DNA of 64,000 bases, from IMG/VR virus record IMGVR_UViG_3300043788_000134, positions 5,882-69,881 of that record, one strand, 5' to 3'. Below are positions 8,598 through 17,586 of this stretch, piece by piece. The notes under the pieces are model-generated. The model had not been told where the DNA came from, did not search any database, and worked only from the letters and a program-made list of their open reading frames with translations. How positions within the stretch are numbered: the stretch's first letter is position 1; each line of letters begins with the position of its first letter. Source of the stretch: a virus. A program made the translations under genes and the position numbers.

Positions 8598-9540
8598 CGG
8601 CGTAAGCGCGAGGAAACGAAACAATCGTATTCGACGGCGACAGCGCCTCGCGGAACGCGCTCGCTTGCGCCTTGTCCATCCCAAAATCGTCGAGCAGATG
8701 CGGAATCATGTCGATGGCGCGCTGCTTGATGCGCAGATAGCGCTCGTCTTTCGGATTAAGCCCGGACATCATGTCGAGTTGCCGCGACTGGGCCCGCACG
8801 GTGTCGTTGACCCACTTGGAACGGTATTCGATCAGCGGATGATGCCGCAGCAGAATGTCCTTATGCCATTGCGGCGTATTGAAGTCAGGATCATTGATGA
8901 TCTTGTGCGCTTCGGCGCGGCGCTTGAGATAAGCCGCATCGAACCACGTCGCCCACCAGCCCGGCTCGCGCATTTCCATGGTTTTGCCGGCACCGGATTG
9001 GTCTGTCCCCACATCGGCAAACGAAATACGCCCGATCATTCGCCCCACGTCGTCGGTCCAATGGTCGGCAAACCAATACGGGAAATATTCCGGCTGCAGC
9101 TTGTTGTCGTTTTTCTCCGCCCATTTTGCGGTATAGGCGATCACGCTCGGAAACGAAGCGTTTGCCATCCGGCCATAGACAATGCCGATGCCGTCAGGAA
9201 AACGTAACGCGGCCTCCAGCAGCAATTCGTCGGTATTCGGCGTGATATAAACGTCATCGTCGGACGCATTGAGGTAAAGATCGCCAGGCTCCGACAATCC
9301 GCGATTCCATTTTCCGGCTACGGTATCGTCGCGCTTTTTGACGTTGATCGTAATGCGCGGATCGAGCTTGCCTTCGTCGTATGCCGCGCCAAGCATCGCC
9401 ACCGTAGCGAAGTCGTCCGAATCACACTGCACGATGACCTTGGTATCCGCCCGCGAAAAGCACGCCATGTGGCGCGGCAGCGTCCCCATCAACTGTTGCG
9501 CACGATTGCGCGTCGCCACGCTTACAACAAGTCGCGCCAT
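8593..9540 (-). CDS. glycosyltransferase-like protein (GT2-like)
   Basis: 315 aa; N-terminal VVSVATRNRAQQL and acidic CDSDD / ASDDD motifs resemble GT2 enzymes; weak call. Confidence 0.45.
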   Translation of the reverse strand: MARLVVSVATRNRAQQLMGTLPRHMACFSRADTKVIVQCDSDDFATVAMLGAAYDEGKLDPRITINVKKRDDTVAGKWNRGLSEPGDLYLNASDDDVYITPNTDELLLEAALRFPDGIGIVYGRMANASFPSVIAYTAKWAEKNDNKLQPEYFPYWFADHWTDDVGRMIGRISFADVGTDQSGAGKTMEMREPGWWATWFDAAYLKRRAEAHKIINDPDFNTPQWHKDILLRHHPLIEYRSKWVNDTVRAQSRQLDMMSGLNPKDERYLRIKQRAIDMIPHLLDDFGMDKAQASAFREALSPSNTIVSFPRAYAG

Positions 9541-9551
9541 GTTTTACCTCC

Positions 9552-9764
9552 CTATTTCCAACGTCCAAGGTCTAGCTGTTCCGGCGGCGCCGTAGGCGCT
9601 TCCATGACCACACCATCGATCACCATAGGTGGTCGCGCCAATTGCGGCCCGCACTTCACGACACAATAGCCGTCGGCATCATACGTGCCGACAAAATATT
9701 TTCGCTCGCTATTGAACGGCATTAAGAGACACGGAGTTCCAACTAACTCGGCAGGGAACGGCAT
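9552..9764 (-). CDS. hypothetical protein (70 aa)
   Basis: ORF track; tightly packed in operon; lower GC than flanks. Confidence 0.35.
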   Translation of the reverse strand: MPFPAELVGTPCLLMPFNSERKYFVGTYDADGYCVVKCGPQLARPPMVIDGVVMEAPTAPPEQLDLGRWK

Positions 9765-9773
9765 AAACGACTC

Positions 9774-10049
9774 CTACGATTGGGGACTCAAATAGTGTGT
9801 ATCCGTTGCACGTTCCACACCGTACAGTGATTTATAAAAATCATCCGCTTGCTTCATCAGGTGCGGGAATACCTCTTTGGTGCAATCAAAACACCATAAA
9901 TCCTCGCCACACACGCCAACAGATGCACCACCGAAACAGGGTGATACATTAATCTTCCATGCGGTCATGAGTGTTGTCTCGGCACGACATCGGTCACAGT
10001 AATATGACGCTGGCACTTCCCGCTTGGCTATTTTTTTATCAAGAAACAT
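9774..10049 (-). CDS. Cys-rich small protein (91 aa)
   Basis: ATG 10049 with GGAAGGGA upstream; CDRC...CGEDLWCFDC pattern. Confidence 0.4.
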   Translation of the reverse strand: MFLDKKIAKREVPASYYCDRCRAETTLMTAWKINVSPCFGGASVGVCGEDLWCFDCTKEVFPHLMKQADDFYKSLYGVERATDTHYLSPQS

Positions 10050-10086
10050 CGCACATCCCTTCCACGATTGGGTGACCGTGATGCGG

Positions 10087-10665
10087 CTATGCTTGCACCG
10101 CGAGTGAATGATCCACAACCTTTTTTTGCGACCGCCACGGATCAAAAAAGCTTCCGTTCCATCGCGTCAGTCCGACCTTGCGCGCCACACCGATATCGAC
10201 GACCATTCCCGCGAAATCCTCAACGTCCTCGCTGGAAATCCGCGAGGGCCGCACGATCGCCGCAGGGACCGTGCGCAGATACGACTCAACATGTGCCTTT
10301 TGCCGTCCATAAGCCGTGGCACCAGCTTTCTCCACGGCCTCCGACGAAATGAATACAATAAATGCGCCGGTTTGCACATAATGTTGCGCAATCTCTATCT
10401 GCGCGTCCACATTCACCCGCCACGATAACGGATTCGATTCACAGTCCACAAATTTGCTCATCGCGCCGACCAGATAAATCGTGCCACTCGTTATCATCGG
10501 CAGATATTGCCAATCGATCGCCGCGAGATCAAGAAACACCGGATCGGGCCAAGATGGAAAGGCGCCGACCTTGCGGCTCGTCGCTTGCCACGCCAAGTGA
10601 CGGCGCTGTAATTCCTGTCGCAATGCCATTCCGACCAGGCCATCACCCCCAATCACGAAATGCAC
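10087..10665 (-). CDS. short NAD(P)-binding Rossmann protein (RmlD/SDR-like)
   Basis: VIGGDGLVG glycine motif, FISSEAV...YGRQK resembles RmlD S...YxxxK. Confidence 0.5.
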   Translation of the reverse strand: MHFVIGGDGLVGMALRQELQRRHLAWQATSRKVGAFPSWPDPVFLDLAAIDWQYLPMITSGTIYLVGAMSKFVDCESNPLSWRVNVDAQIEIAQHYVQTGAFIVFISSEAVEKAGATAYGRQKAHVESYLRTVPAAIVRPSRISSEDVEDFAGMVVDIGVARKVGLTRWNGSFFDPWRSQKKVVDHSLAVQA

Positions 10666-10668
10666 GGG

Positions 10669-11289
10669 TCACTCTCCGGGTTCGGCGAGCGGCAAGGACG
10701 GCGATGGAATATCGAGCGCCGGATCAATCGACATGCGGAGATTGCCGCCGGTGCCGCGATATTTTGGATTCATCGAGTCCTCGGGCATATTGCGCGCCAG
10801 CCCCGCTTTGCCGCCCATCAGCGATTCGTCGCGGTCGCGCATCTGTCGCCGCGCCGCCGCTTCTTCTTCCTGCGCCGCTTCCAACGTCATGCTCAGCGGC
10901 CGTTCTTCGAGCCTCATGCCGTCGCGGATGATGTCGCCTTTTTTGCCGACAGGCACGAAGCGGCCGGGATGTCGCTCCGCCGGCACGGGGCGCCAGCCGT
11001 TTTCGTACATCTGCATCGCCTGACCGACCGTCAAATCCTCGCGGTTATAGACGGTCACCGTGTTCCATTGGTAGCTGTAGCCCTTGGGAATCAGTTCCTT
11101 GGGGATGTGGAATTGATCGATGCCGGCTTGACGATGACGTGTCAGCACATTGCCGTCACGGTCGCGATGCACGACTTTCGCCTCACGCGTCGGCTGGCGC
11201 GTCGAACCGCGAGGGCGCCCGCGGCGTGGCGCAGTTGGCTGTTCCGCGGTTTCGAGCGCGGCTTCGTCGATGCTTTCGGCTTCGGTCAT
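10669..11289 (-). CDS. hypothetical head-module protein, paralog of 11286-11648
   Basis: ATGA overlap at 11286-11289; shares YSYQWN...GWRPVPAERHP motif with upstream ORF. Confidence 0.5.
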   Translation of the reverse strand: MTEAESIDEAALETAEQPTAPRRGRPRGSTRQPTREAKVVHRDRDGNVLTRHRQAGIDQFHIPKELIPKGYSYQWNTVTVYNREDLTVGQAMQMYENGWRPVPAERHPGRFVPVGKKGDIIRDGMRLEERPLSMTLEAAQEEEAAARRQMRDRDESLMGGKAGLARNMPEDSMNPKYRGTGGNLRMSIDPALDIPSPSLPLAEPGE

Positions 11290-11648
11290 GAGCAGGTTTC
11301 CTTTGAGATAAGATCGAACAACCATCGAAGCCACAGCCGGCGGGCTACGCGGCGAACAATCACGACTTGCGTTACCGTAACTGGCTGCGGCTTTTCGACA
11401 ATGATCGGGGACGTTTCCACAATACGCGCGGCGGTTTTGTCATCCCCAATCCGTCTGAATTCCGGCGGGGGCTTGTTCGGATGCCACTTCGCCGGTACTG
11501 GCACCCAGCCGTCGGCAAGCATCCTAAAATAGCTTTCTTGCACTTCGCCCAGAACTTTTTTAGCATTCCATTGATAGGTCATCCCCACAGGCACCATGCT
11601 TTTTGGAAAGTCAAACGGATCACTGCGTTTAACTGGCGTAAGACTCAT
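11286..11648 (-). CDS. hypothetical head-module protein, paralog of 10669-11289
   Basis: MTYQWN...GWVPVPAKWHP motif shared with downstream ORF. Confidence 0.5.
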   Translation of the reverse strand: MSLTPVKRSDPFDFPKSMVPVGMTYQWNAKKVLGEVQESYFRMLADGWVPVPAKWHPNKPPPEFRRIGDDKTAARIVETSPIIVEKPQPVTVTQVVIVRRVARRLWLRWLFDLISKETCS

Positions 11649-11654
11649 GACCGC

Positions 11655-12674
11655 CTACTGCTGAATGAAATTCATCGGATCGTAGCGGCCTTCTGCGGTC
11701 ATGGCCTGCTTGCGGCGGGCCATCTCCTGGACCCCGATAGGATCGCCTTTCTTGAACCGCTTCTGCCCCGACGGATCGTCGTAGTTCCACGTCAAGGTGC
11801 CGTCGGTCGCCGCTGCGGCCTCGCCTTTGCTCAATCGCACCACGCTTCCGCCTCCCGTGGTTTCACCCGCTGTGGTATTGACCGGCGCAACCGGGGCCGG
11901 CTTGGCGCGTGTCTTGCCATTAGTTGCCCCATTCGTCTTGTTGGTTGCGTCCTTCAAACCCAAAAACTTTTCGATATGGGCGAAGTATTCCGGCGTATCC
12001 CGCGCATAGCCCTCCGCCACCGCGTCGCTGTCGGCTGCGTTGATCTTCGCGGCGCGCCGCGAATCGGTGCCGAGTGCAAGCGCGCGGGCTTCCACTGGAT
12101 GCTCGCGGAGCCATTTCTGTGTCTCGGGGGTGCGTGTGGAAAGAAATATTTCAAGCGGATCGCCCTGCGGCTGGCGCTGCGTTTCCTGCTGGCGTTGCTC
12201 CGGCTTTTGCGTCTTGGCGATTTCCAGATCGCTCTTGGCTTCGTCGAATCTAACGATGCGTGCCTGCGCCGCCGCAAGCCTCTCTTGTGCCTCGGCGGCG
12301 CGCTTCCAGTCGCCCGCCTCTTGCGCGGCAATGTAATCCGCCTTTGCCGCCGCCGATTCCGTCTTGGCAGCTTCCAGTCCGGTTTCGACGGCGCCGAGTC
12401 GCGATTCGACTACTTCCGTCCGTGAGGTTTCGACCTCGCGCTCCGCCGCCTGGCGGCCGCGTTCGGCTTCGCCGGCGCGGCGTTCCGCCGCCTCGCGCGC
12501 CGCACGTTGGCGCTCGCTCTCAGCCTGCAGTTCGTCGTACTGCGCCTTGAGCTCGGCGACAGGATCGGGCGCGGTCTTCGCCTGGGTCTTTCCCGTTTCG
12601 CCTGCGTTTTCTTCCGGCGCGGGCGCTTCGATTTCGACGACAATATCTTCGTCAGCCATTGCGGTCCTCATCAT
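11655..12674 (-). CDS. scaffolding-like coiled-coil protein
   Basis: 339 aa, Ala/Glu/Arg/Gln-rich helical repeats, between portal and capsid genes; true start may be ATG 12659 (GAGGA upstream). Confidence 0.45.
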   Translation of the reverse strand: MMRTAMADEDIVVEIEAPAPEENAGETGKTQAKTAPDPVAELKAQYDELQAESERQRAAREAAERRAGEAERGRQAAEREVETSRTEVVESRLGAVETGLEAAKTESAAAKADYIAAQEAGDWKRAAEAQERLAAAQARIVRFDEAKSDLEIAKTQKPEQRQQETQRQPQGDPLEIFLSTRTPETQKWLREHPVEARALALGTDSRRAAKINAADSDAVAEGYARDTPEYFAHIEKFLGLKDATNKTNGATNGKTRAKPAPVAPVNTTAGETTGGGSVVRLSKGEAAAATDGTLTWNYDDPSGQKRFKKGDPIGVQEMARRKQAMTAEGRYDPMNFIQQ

Positions 12675-12839
12675 CCTCGCGCGTCAATTGCGCGGTAAAG
12701 CCGATTGCGTTAATTCGCTCGTCGCGGCGCAGGCGCGGACAAATAAAACCGTCTCGCACCGGATTGGAATAGCCATAGCACACACGGTTATCCCTTTTGG
12801 TCGGACGCCCGCTTGGATGTCTTGTTTTTGGCGCACCAT

Positions 12840-13274
12840 TCACCAGAAAATCTCCGGGTCGGACACGACCATTTTCACGTTGACATCCTCGAACAGCCGG
12901 CACGGCACTTCGCGGATGTAAAGTTGCAGTCCGTCGGAGGGGCGAGTCAACACCCAATCGCCTTCTTTCACCGCCTTTCCGTGAAAGAATACGCCGCGCG
13001 GCGGATCATCCTTGAACGCGCCGGGGCCGACCTTGATGACGAGGCCGATCGATCCTTGAAATTGGTCTTCCTGCAGGTTCTTGTCGGTGCGGAGAATCTT
13101 CGTGCCAGCGTGATATTTTGATCCCGCATAAGTCGTTACCAACACCTGCGAGTGCAGCACTTGTTCATCGGCGATGTTGCCGAGTTCCTTGAGAATCGCC
13201 ATCTTGGGCGACTTCCCGTCGGACACCGCCTCCACAATATCGCGGAGCTTACCGACCGCATTTGAACGCGCCAT
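12840..13274 (-). CDS. GroES/Cpn10-like fold protein
   Basis: ...QVLVTTY...GLVIKVGPGAF...AVKEGDWVL...EDVNVKMVV spacing resembles co-chaperonin; by eye only. Confidence 0.35.
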   Translation of the reverse strand: MARSNAVGKLRDIVEAVSDGKSPKMAILKELGNIADEQVLHSQVLVTTYAGSKYHAGTKILRTDKNLQEDQFQGSIGLVIKVGPGAFKDDPPRGVFFHGKAVKEGDWVLTRPSDGLQLYIREVPCRLFEDVNVKMVVSDPEIFW

Positions 13275-13492
13275 TATCTGTCCTTCAATTCGTTTTCGGT
13301 TTCGATGCAGATTTGAATTGCGGTCTCAATGCCGCGGATTTCAGCGGCGCGTGATGGCATCTTGTCGTCCGGTAGGAGCACAATACCGTCCAATAATTCA
13401 GCGCGGCGGGCTTCCAGCTTGGCCTTGACGGTATTCGCAAGGCGCGGATGATCGGGCGCGAAGAATGTAACGGCGGAGGGGCGTTGTGTCAT
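13274..13492 (-). CDS. hypothetical protein (72 aa)
   Basis: ORF track; starts 12 nt downstream of PIR 13504. Confidence 0.4.
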   Translation of the reverse strand: MTQRPSAVTFFAPDHPRLANTVKAKLEARRAELLDGIVLLPDDKMPSRAAEIRGIETAIQICIETENELKDR

Positions 13493-13503
13493 TTGGACTC
13501 ACT

Positions 13504-13538
13504 GGATCACGAGAGACAGGGATTACGGTGCGGTCACC
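13504..13538 (+). repeat. PIR half-site, subtype A, forward
   Basis: ggatcacgagagacagggattacggtgcggtcacc. Confidence 0.9.
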
Positions 13539-13768
13539 AACAGCTTGTCGCGGTCAAAAACAACAGCAACAAATTCCCAGTTAGTGCCCGGCACTTTAAG
13601 CTCCATCATCCCTCTGGCAATAGCTATCAGTTCGTTCCTTATCATTAGAGCGGATGGTGTTGGGCGACGACAAAAACTCACTCGGAATCGTGCGGTGATT
13701 TGAACGATCGCGCGCGTCCACCAACAGCCAGTACAATGTGTACATTTCGATCACCATATTCCACTCAA

Positions 13769-14008
13769 TCACGGATAGCAGTCTTTTCGAGCCTTCTTCG
13801 CACCAAGTAGAAGTAATGCCCGTGCTTCATTTAGATCATACCGCTCAAAATCCCCGGTATCCTGTGACGCTGACGCAATATTTTTAATTCGCTTCCATGG
13901 CCGTCCCTCACTATCGATATACACGGTGATCGGGACATGCTCCAACTGTGGACTCCAACAATAAGCTGGGTGACCCGGAGGTATTTCGCAGATCGTCTGC
14001 TTCGTCAC
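13769..14008 (-). CDS. hypothetical protein (79 aa)
   Basis: GTG 14008 with GGAGG 5 nt upstream, follows stop of 14031-14831. Confidence 0.4.
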   Translation of the reverse strand: MTKQTICEIPPGHPAYCWSPQLEHVPITVYIDSEGRPWKRIKNIASASQDTGDFERYDLNEARALLLLGAKKARKDCYP

Positions 14009-14030
14009 GGCACGCCTCCGTTTGCGCTCA

Positions 14031-14831
14031 TCACGCCTTCGCGTAATCTCGCGCCGCGCGACGTTCCTTGAACAGCCGCGCTTTGGCGCCGCCGCCGCCG
14101 CCCGGCATCTCCGTAGCCGGAGCGACACCTTCCGGCGATTCGACCTTACCGCCATGCGCACGTTTCTTCACGCCACCGCCGGCCCAGAACGTCACCACGC
14201 GACCGCGCCCGATATTGGCGCCGTCGCTTTTGCCGTCGGCGTGCTGGACTTGCGTGCCATTCCGATTGCCGTCTTTCCAGGCTGGGCCATCCTTGACCGA
14301 TCCGCCGCGCGCACGTTGCGGCTTCGCAATCATCGGGTGACCGCTCATGACCCTTTTCATCTTGCCGACAGGCTCGCTCGGATCGGCCGTTCCAGAAGAA
14401 ATCCTGCCACCCTTCGCTCGAATTGGCACGGCGCCTGGAGGTGGCATCGGCATACCTCCACCAGGAGGCATCGCGCCCTGCGGCGGCGGCATCGGGGGTG
14501 CCATCGGCGGCCGTGGCGGCATCGGCGCCCCACCGGGAGGCATCATCCCCGGCGCTCCGCCCATGGCGTGGCCCGGCGTGTTGATGACGTTGACGACAGT
14601 CCCCTTGCCCTTCGATTTGGTACGGCCGCCCCGCGCGCGCCGGTCCATGCGATGCTTGGACTTTTCGCCCTCGATCTTTATGGCCGATTTCTTCACCATG
14701 CGTTTGACGAGTTTCTTGTCCTGTTTCTCGTCCTCATGCACAGCGCCGCCCGATGCGTAGCCCTTGATGCGCTCGGGCACGCGGCGTTTTTCGACCTTGT
14801 GCGCGCGATGTTCAGAATGAGGATGTGCCAT
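14031..14831 (-). CDS. basic Gly/Pro-rich virion-module protein
   Basis: 266 aa; five copies of [KR]A[RKH]GG[RSK][ITV] (RRARGGRT, IRAKGGRI, QRARGGSV, KRAHGGKV...) and a PPMPPG-rich centre. Confidence 0.5.
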   Translation of the reverse strand: MAHPHSEHRAHKVEKRRVPERIKGYASGGAVHEDEKQDKKLVKRMVKKSAIKIEGEKSKHRMDRRARGGRTKSKGKGTVVNVINTPGHAMGGAPGMMPPGGAPMPPRPPMAPPMPPPQGAMPPGGGMPMPPPGAVPIRAKGGRISSGTADPSEPVGKMKRVMSGHPMIAKPQRARGGSVKDGPAWKDGNRNGTQVQHADGKSDGANIGRGRVVTFWAGGGVKKRAHGGKVESPEGVAPATEMPGGGGGAKARLFKERRAARDYAKA

Positions 14832-14847
14832 TTATTTGCTCCAGATT

Positions 14848-15093
14848 TCAGGTGACCGATTCCGGTCTCTCAACCGCCCAAAACTCGCGTGACACAAGAG
14901 GCACCGCGCCGGCCGCGTCCATCTCGGCAACAATCTCTTGGTGTGTCGCCTCGCGCCATTGAAGCGGTGGAAACGCTCGCAGACCGTTTGGGGTAAAGAA
15001 CGCCTTGCCGACCTTGCGGTATGGCACCCATTCATCGTGGATTTTGCCCATCGCATTACACTTGCGCAAGTAGTTCGATTGCTCCGGCGTCAC
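14848..15093 (-). CDS. hypothetical protein (81 aa)
   Basis: ATGA overlap with portal stop. Confidence 0.45.
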   Translation of the reverse strand: MTPEQSNYLRKCNAMGKIHDEWVPYRKVGKAFFTPNGLRAFPPLQWREATHQEIVAEMDAAGAVPLVSREFWAVERPESVT

Positions 15094-17333
15094 GAGCTAC
15101 CTCCATTTCCACCGCCCGAATCAGCCGTCGCGGGAGGCTGCAACGCTTGATGCACATTCAAGGCATGTTCCGCAAGGTCCATCTGGCGGTCATGCACGCC
15201 TTGCACAGCCTCCAAACCAGCGGTCTTTTGCGCGTTCGCGGCGTCCGCCTTGTGGATAACCATTTCCTTGGCAAGATTGACCGTAGCTATATTCTGTTCG
15301 GTGGCGAGTTCGGCCTGTTTGATTTGGTTTTCCTGCTGCGCATTTTGCGCATCTGCTTGCGCCTTTTGCGCGCCCGTCGTGGCCTGGGTCATCTTCGCCT
15401 CCGCGGCGATCAATTGCGGATTCGGCTGCGGCGCGGCGGCAGGCGGTGCCTGGATCAATCCCGCCGGGTCTTCGCGAATCACCGCCAAGATGCGCTGCAA
15501 GGTTTCGGTCGGATTCATGATCGGCGTGAATGCGGGAATAGCGATCAATTGCGCGAGCGCCACGCCTTTTGCCACACGATGAATGTGCGACGGCGTATTG
15601 GGATCGGAGCGCGGCACCAAGTTACAATCGTTTAGCGCCTGCAAGAACTTTTGCTCGTTCCAAAAATCCTTGCCGCAAATCTTATTGGACTTCCAGAAGT
15701 CCTCCGGGTTTTGTTTGAACAATTCGACAATCAATTCGATTTCCTCGGCCTGGGCCTGGTGCATGCCTTTGAACGCCGCCGACATGACCTTGGTTGCCTG
15801 CTCGATCTGCGCCATCATCGTGCCGACCGGGACGTTTTGAATGCCCTCCGCCGTCGGGGTATCGGCCACGCCGCCGACGGCTTGGGCTTGCGACGTAATC
15901 TTGTCGATCAGCGCAAGAAGGCCCGGCGTCACGTCCTTGTAGGGCAAGCCCTGAATCACTTGATTGATCGGCTGTCCATTCGTCTCGATCGGCATGAACG
16001 TGCCTGCGGCCAAGCGAAAGTCCGATGTGTTTTGTCGCCCTCCCAGTTTTGAAATCACCCCCGACGGAAAATTCGCATACATGCCGGCGTCAAGCGCCTC
16101 GCGCCACGCCGCGGTCATCGCCATTGACGAGTTACCCAGAATATTCAGCATCCCCGTGCCGTAGAATCCAGGTCCAGGCACATACGGATATTTGACGTAC
16201 ATCCGCTTGCGCTCGCACTCGTCGTCATCCTCTTTCCAGTCGCGGCGAATCGCAAGAATCTCTTTGGAATCCTTGTCCATCGTTACGATATAGGGCAGCG
16301 GAATACCTTCGTCCTTGAACTTGCCGGGCGCGTACTGACGCAGATCAAGCTCGCACTGCGTTTCCCACAAATTGTACGGCTGGTCTTCCGGCCGCCTCTG
16401 ATTCGTTTGCGTACCTTGCTGCTGTTCTATTTGCTCATTGACGGCATTAGGCGCCGCCGCCATCGGCTGCGGTAACGACACATCGCGATAGGCGCCGAGC
16501 AATTGCATGCGTTTCATGACCGAAGGACGCATCTGAATTTCGTGCGTGATGCGCGAGCACGAGCGCAAATCCTTGATGGTGTCAGAGACGATCAAATCCT
16601 TCGCATCGACGCTTTCCGAAACTGGCCGCCGGCGCATCGGGCAGCGGTAGACTTTCTTAAATCCCGATCCTCCAAAATAGGTACCCCACAACAGCATGTG
16701 CGACGTGTCGGGATAATATTCCGACGCCGTCGTCGTCAGATAATAATTCATGTCGCGCTCGAACGCTTCGGCCAGTTCATCTTCGCCCTGCGTATCGGCA
16801 CCGTCGTTGCCATCGTCGGCTATTTTAACTGGACCTTCGGACGGCAACAGTTCGGCTTGCGCGTTTGCCCATCCCTTCAAAACCGCTTCAAGCAACAGCG
16901 GATTGGTGACCGTCGAAAGTCCTTCGACTGCCGCAGACGTATCGGCCGCGTTCGCGCGCGGTTCCTTGATCTCCAGTCCGAGCAGTTCGATGCCGCGGGC
17001 ACGGATGGCAAGATAATTGGCGCGCGATTGATTGTCGGCATTGACCTGGTCCCAAAGTTCGACAGAAATTTTGCCGAGTTCAATGGCTGGTATTCGTTCG
17101 GCGAGATTTTCGTAAAATGGATCGTCGTCCGCGTCTGTTGCTTTGGGACGCCGCGCGTCCAACTGCACGATCACGCCACCATCGTCGGCCGGACTTGTGA
17201 CGGTGCCGGTCACGGGATCGACGCTCTCCACGTTGTCGTCATCGTCAATGACGACGGAAACGCCTGAGACTCCCGCGGCGTCAGCCATGGAAGTCACTTT
17301 CGGCATCACGAGAGGTTGTGCCGTTTGCAGCAC
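15090..17333 (-). CDS. portal protein
   Basis: 747 aa, follows terminase genes after three small ORFs, acidic N- and C-terminal regions; likely start ATG 17306 (inside PIR, CTCTCGTGATGCC) or 17288. Confidence 0.7.
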   Translation of the reverse strand: MLQTAQPLVMPKVTSMADAAGVSGVSVVIDDDDNVESVDPVTGTVTSPADDGGVIVQLDARRPKATDADDDPFYENLAERIPAIELGKISVELWDQVNADNQSRANYLAIRARGIELLGLEIKEPRANAADTSAAVEGLSTVTNPLLLEAVLKGWANAQAELLPSEGPVKIADDGNDGADTQGEDELAEAFERDMNYYLTTTASEYYPDTSHMLLWGTYFGGSGFKKVYRCPMRRRPVSESVDAKDLIVSDTIKDLRSCSRITHEIQMRPSVMKRMQLLGAYRDVSLPQPMAAAPNAVNEQIEQQQGTQTNQRRPEDQPYNLWETQCELDLRQYAPGKFKDEGIPLPYIVTMDKDSKEILAIRRDWKEDDDECERKRMYVKYPYVPGPGFYGTGMLNILGNSSMAMTAAWREALDAGMYANFPSGVISKLGGRQNTSDFRLAAGTFMPIETNGQPINQVIQGLPYKDVTPGLLALIDKITSQAQAVGGVADTPTAEGIQNVPVGTMMAQIEQATKVMSAAFKGMHQAQAEEIELIVELFKQNPEDFWKSNKICGKDFWNEQKFLQALNDCNLVPRSDPNTPSHIHRVAKGVALAQLIAIPAFTPIMNPTETLQRILAVIREDPAGLIQAPPAAAPQPNPQLIAAEAKMTQATTGAQKAQADAQNAQQENQIKQAELATEQNIATVNLAKEMVIHKADAANAQKTAGLEAVQGVHDRQMDLAEHALNVHQALQPPATADSGGGNGGSS

Positions 17334-17350
17334 CGGATTCGGTCACCGTT
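17303..17350 (+). repeat. PIR half-site, subtype B1, forward
   Basis: gcatcacgagaggttgtgccgtttgcagcaccggattcggtcaccgtt. Confidence 0.9.
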
Positions 17351-17362
17351 ACTCCGCGCGAC

Positions 17363-17398
17363 GTTGACCGTACCGTAATCGCTCCGCTCTCGTGATCC
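17363..17398 (-). repeat. PIR half-site, subtype A, reverse
   Basis: gttgaccgtaccgtaatcgctccgctctcgtgatcc; 12 nt from PIR 17303 (empty pair). Confidence 0.9.
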
Positions 17399-17402
17399 AA
17401 AG

Positions 17403-17582
17403 TCATTGCAAACTAATCCCCGCCATCACTCTGCGCTTTTGTCCATACCGCATCCGATCATTAAACGCCTTCCAACATTTCTGGCACAAGTCATGATCGG
17501 GTTTAGGTGCTTTTATCATACCGATGCGTTTCGATTTCCGCGCGACAATCGAGCGACCGCATTCGCAAACCTGTCGCGGCAT
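17403..17582 (-). CDS. zinc-ribbon small protein (59 aa)
   Basis: MPRQVCECG...CQKCW; follows stop of 17587-17808. Confidence 0.4.
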   Translation of the reverse strand: MPRQVCECGRSIVARKSKRIGMIKAPKPDHDLCQKCWKAFNDRMRYGQKRRVMAGISLQ

Positions 17583-17586
17583 GGCA

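Noticed and set aside
10055-10080. Possible PIR relics (cacgattgggtgaccgtgatgcgg here; ccgtctcgcaccggattgg at 12749-12767)
   Set aside because: Only short partial matches to the inner or outer blocks. They could be chance in GC-rich DNA.
10660-12425. Long alternative-frame and antisense ORFs from the six-frame track (e.g. 386-700, 770-1237, 2025-2597, 7340-8014, 10660-11532, 11367-12425, 14022-14855, 16503-17267, 23282-24115, 28009-28656, 49971-50444, 54215-54916)
   Set aside because: They overlap better-supported genes on the other strand or frame. They have Arg/Pro/Ala-rich compositions typical of shadow ORFs in GC-rich DNA, and they lack RBS or coupling signals.
13523-13645. 40-aa minus-strand ORF ending inside PIR 13504
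   Set aside because: No RBS and very short. It is possibly real, but unsupported.
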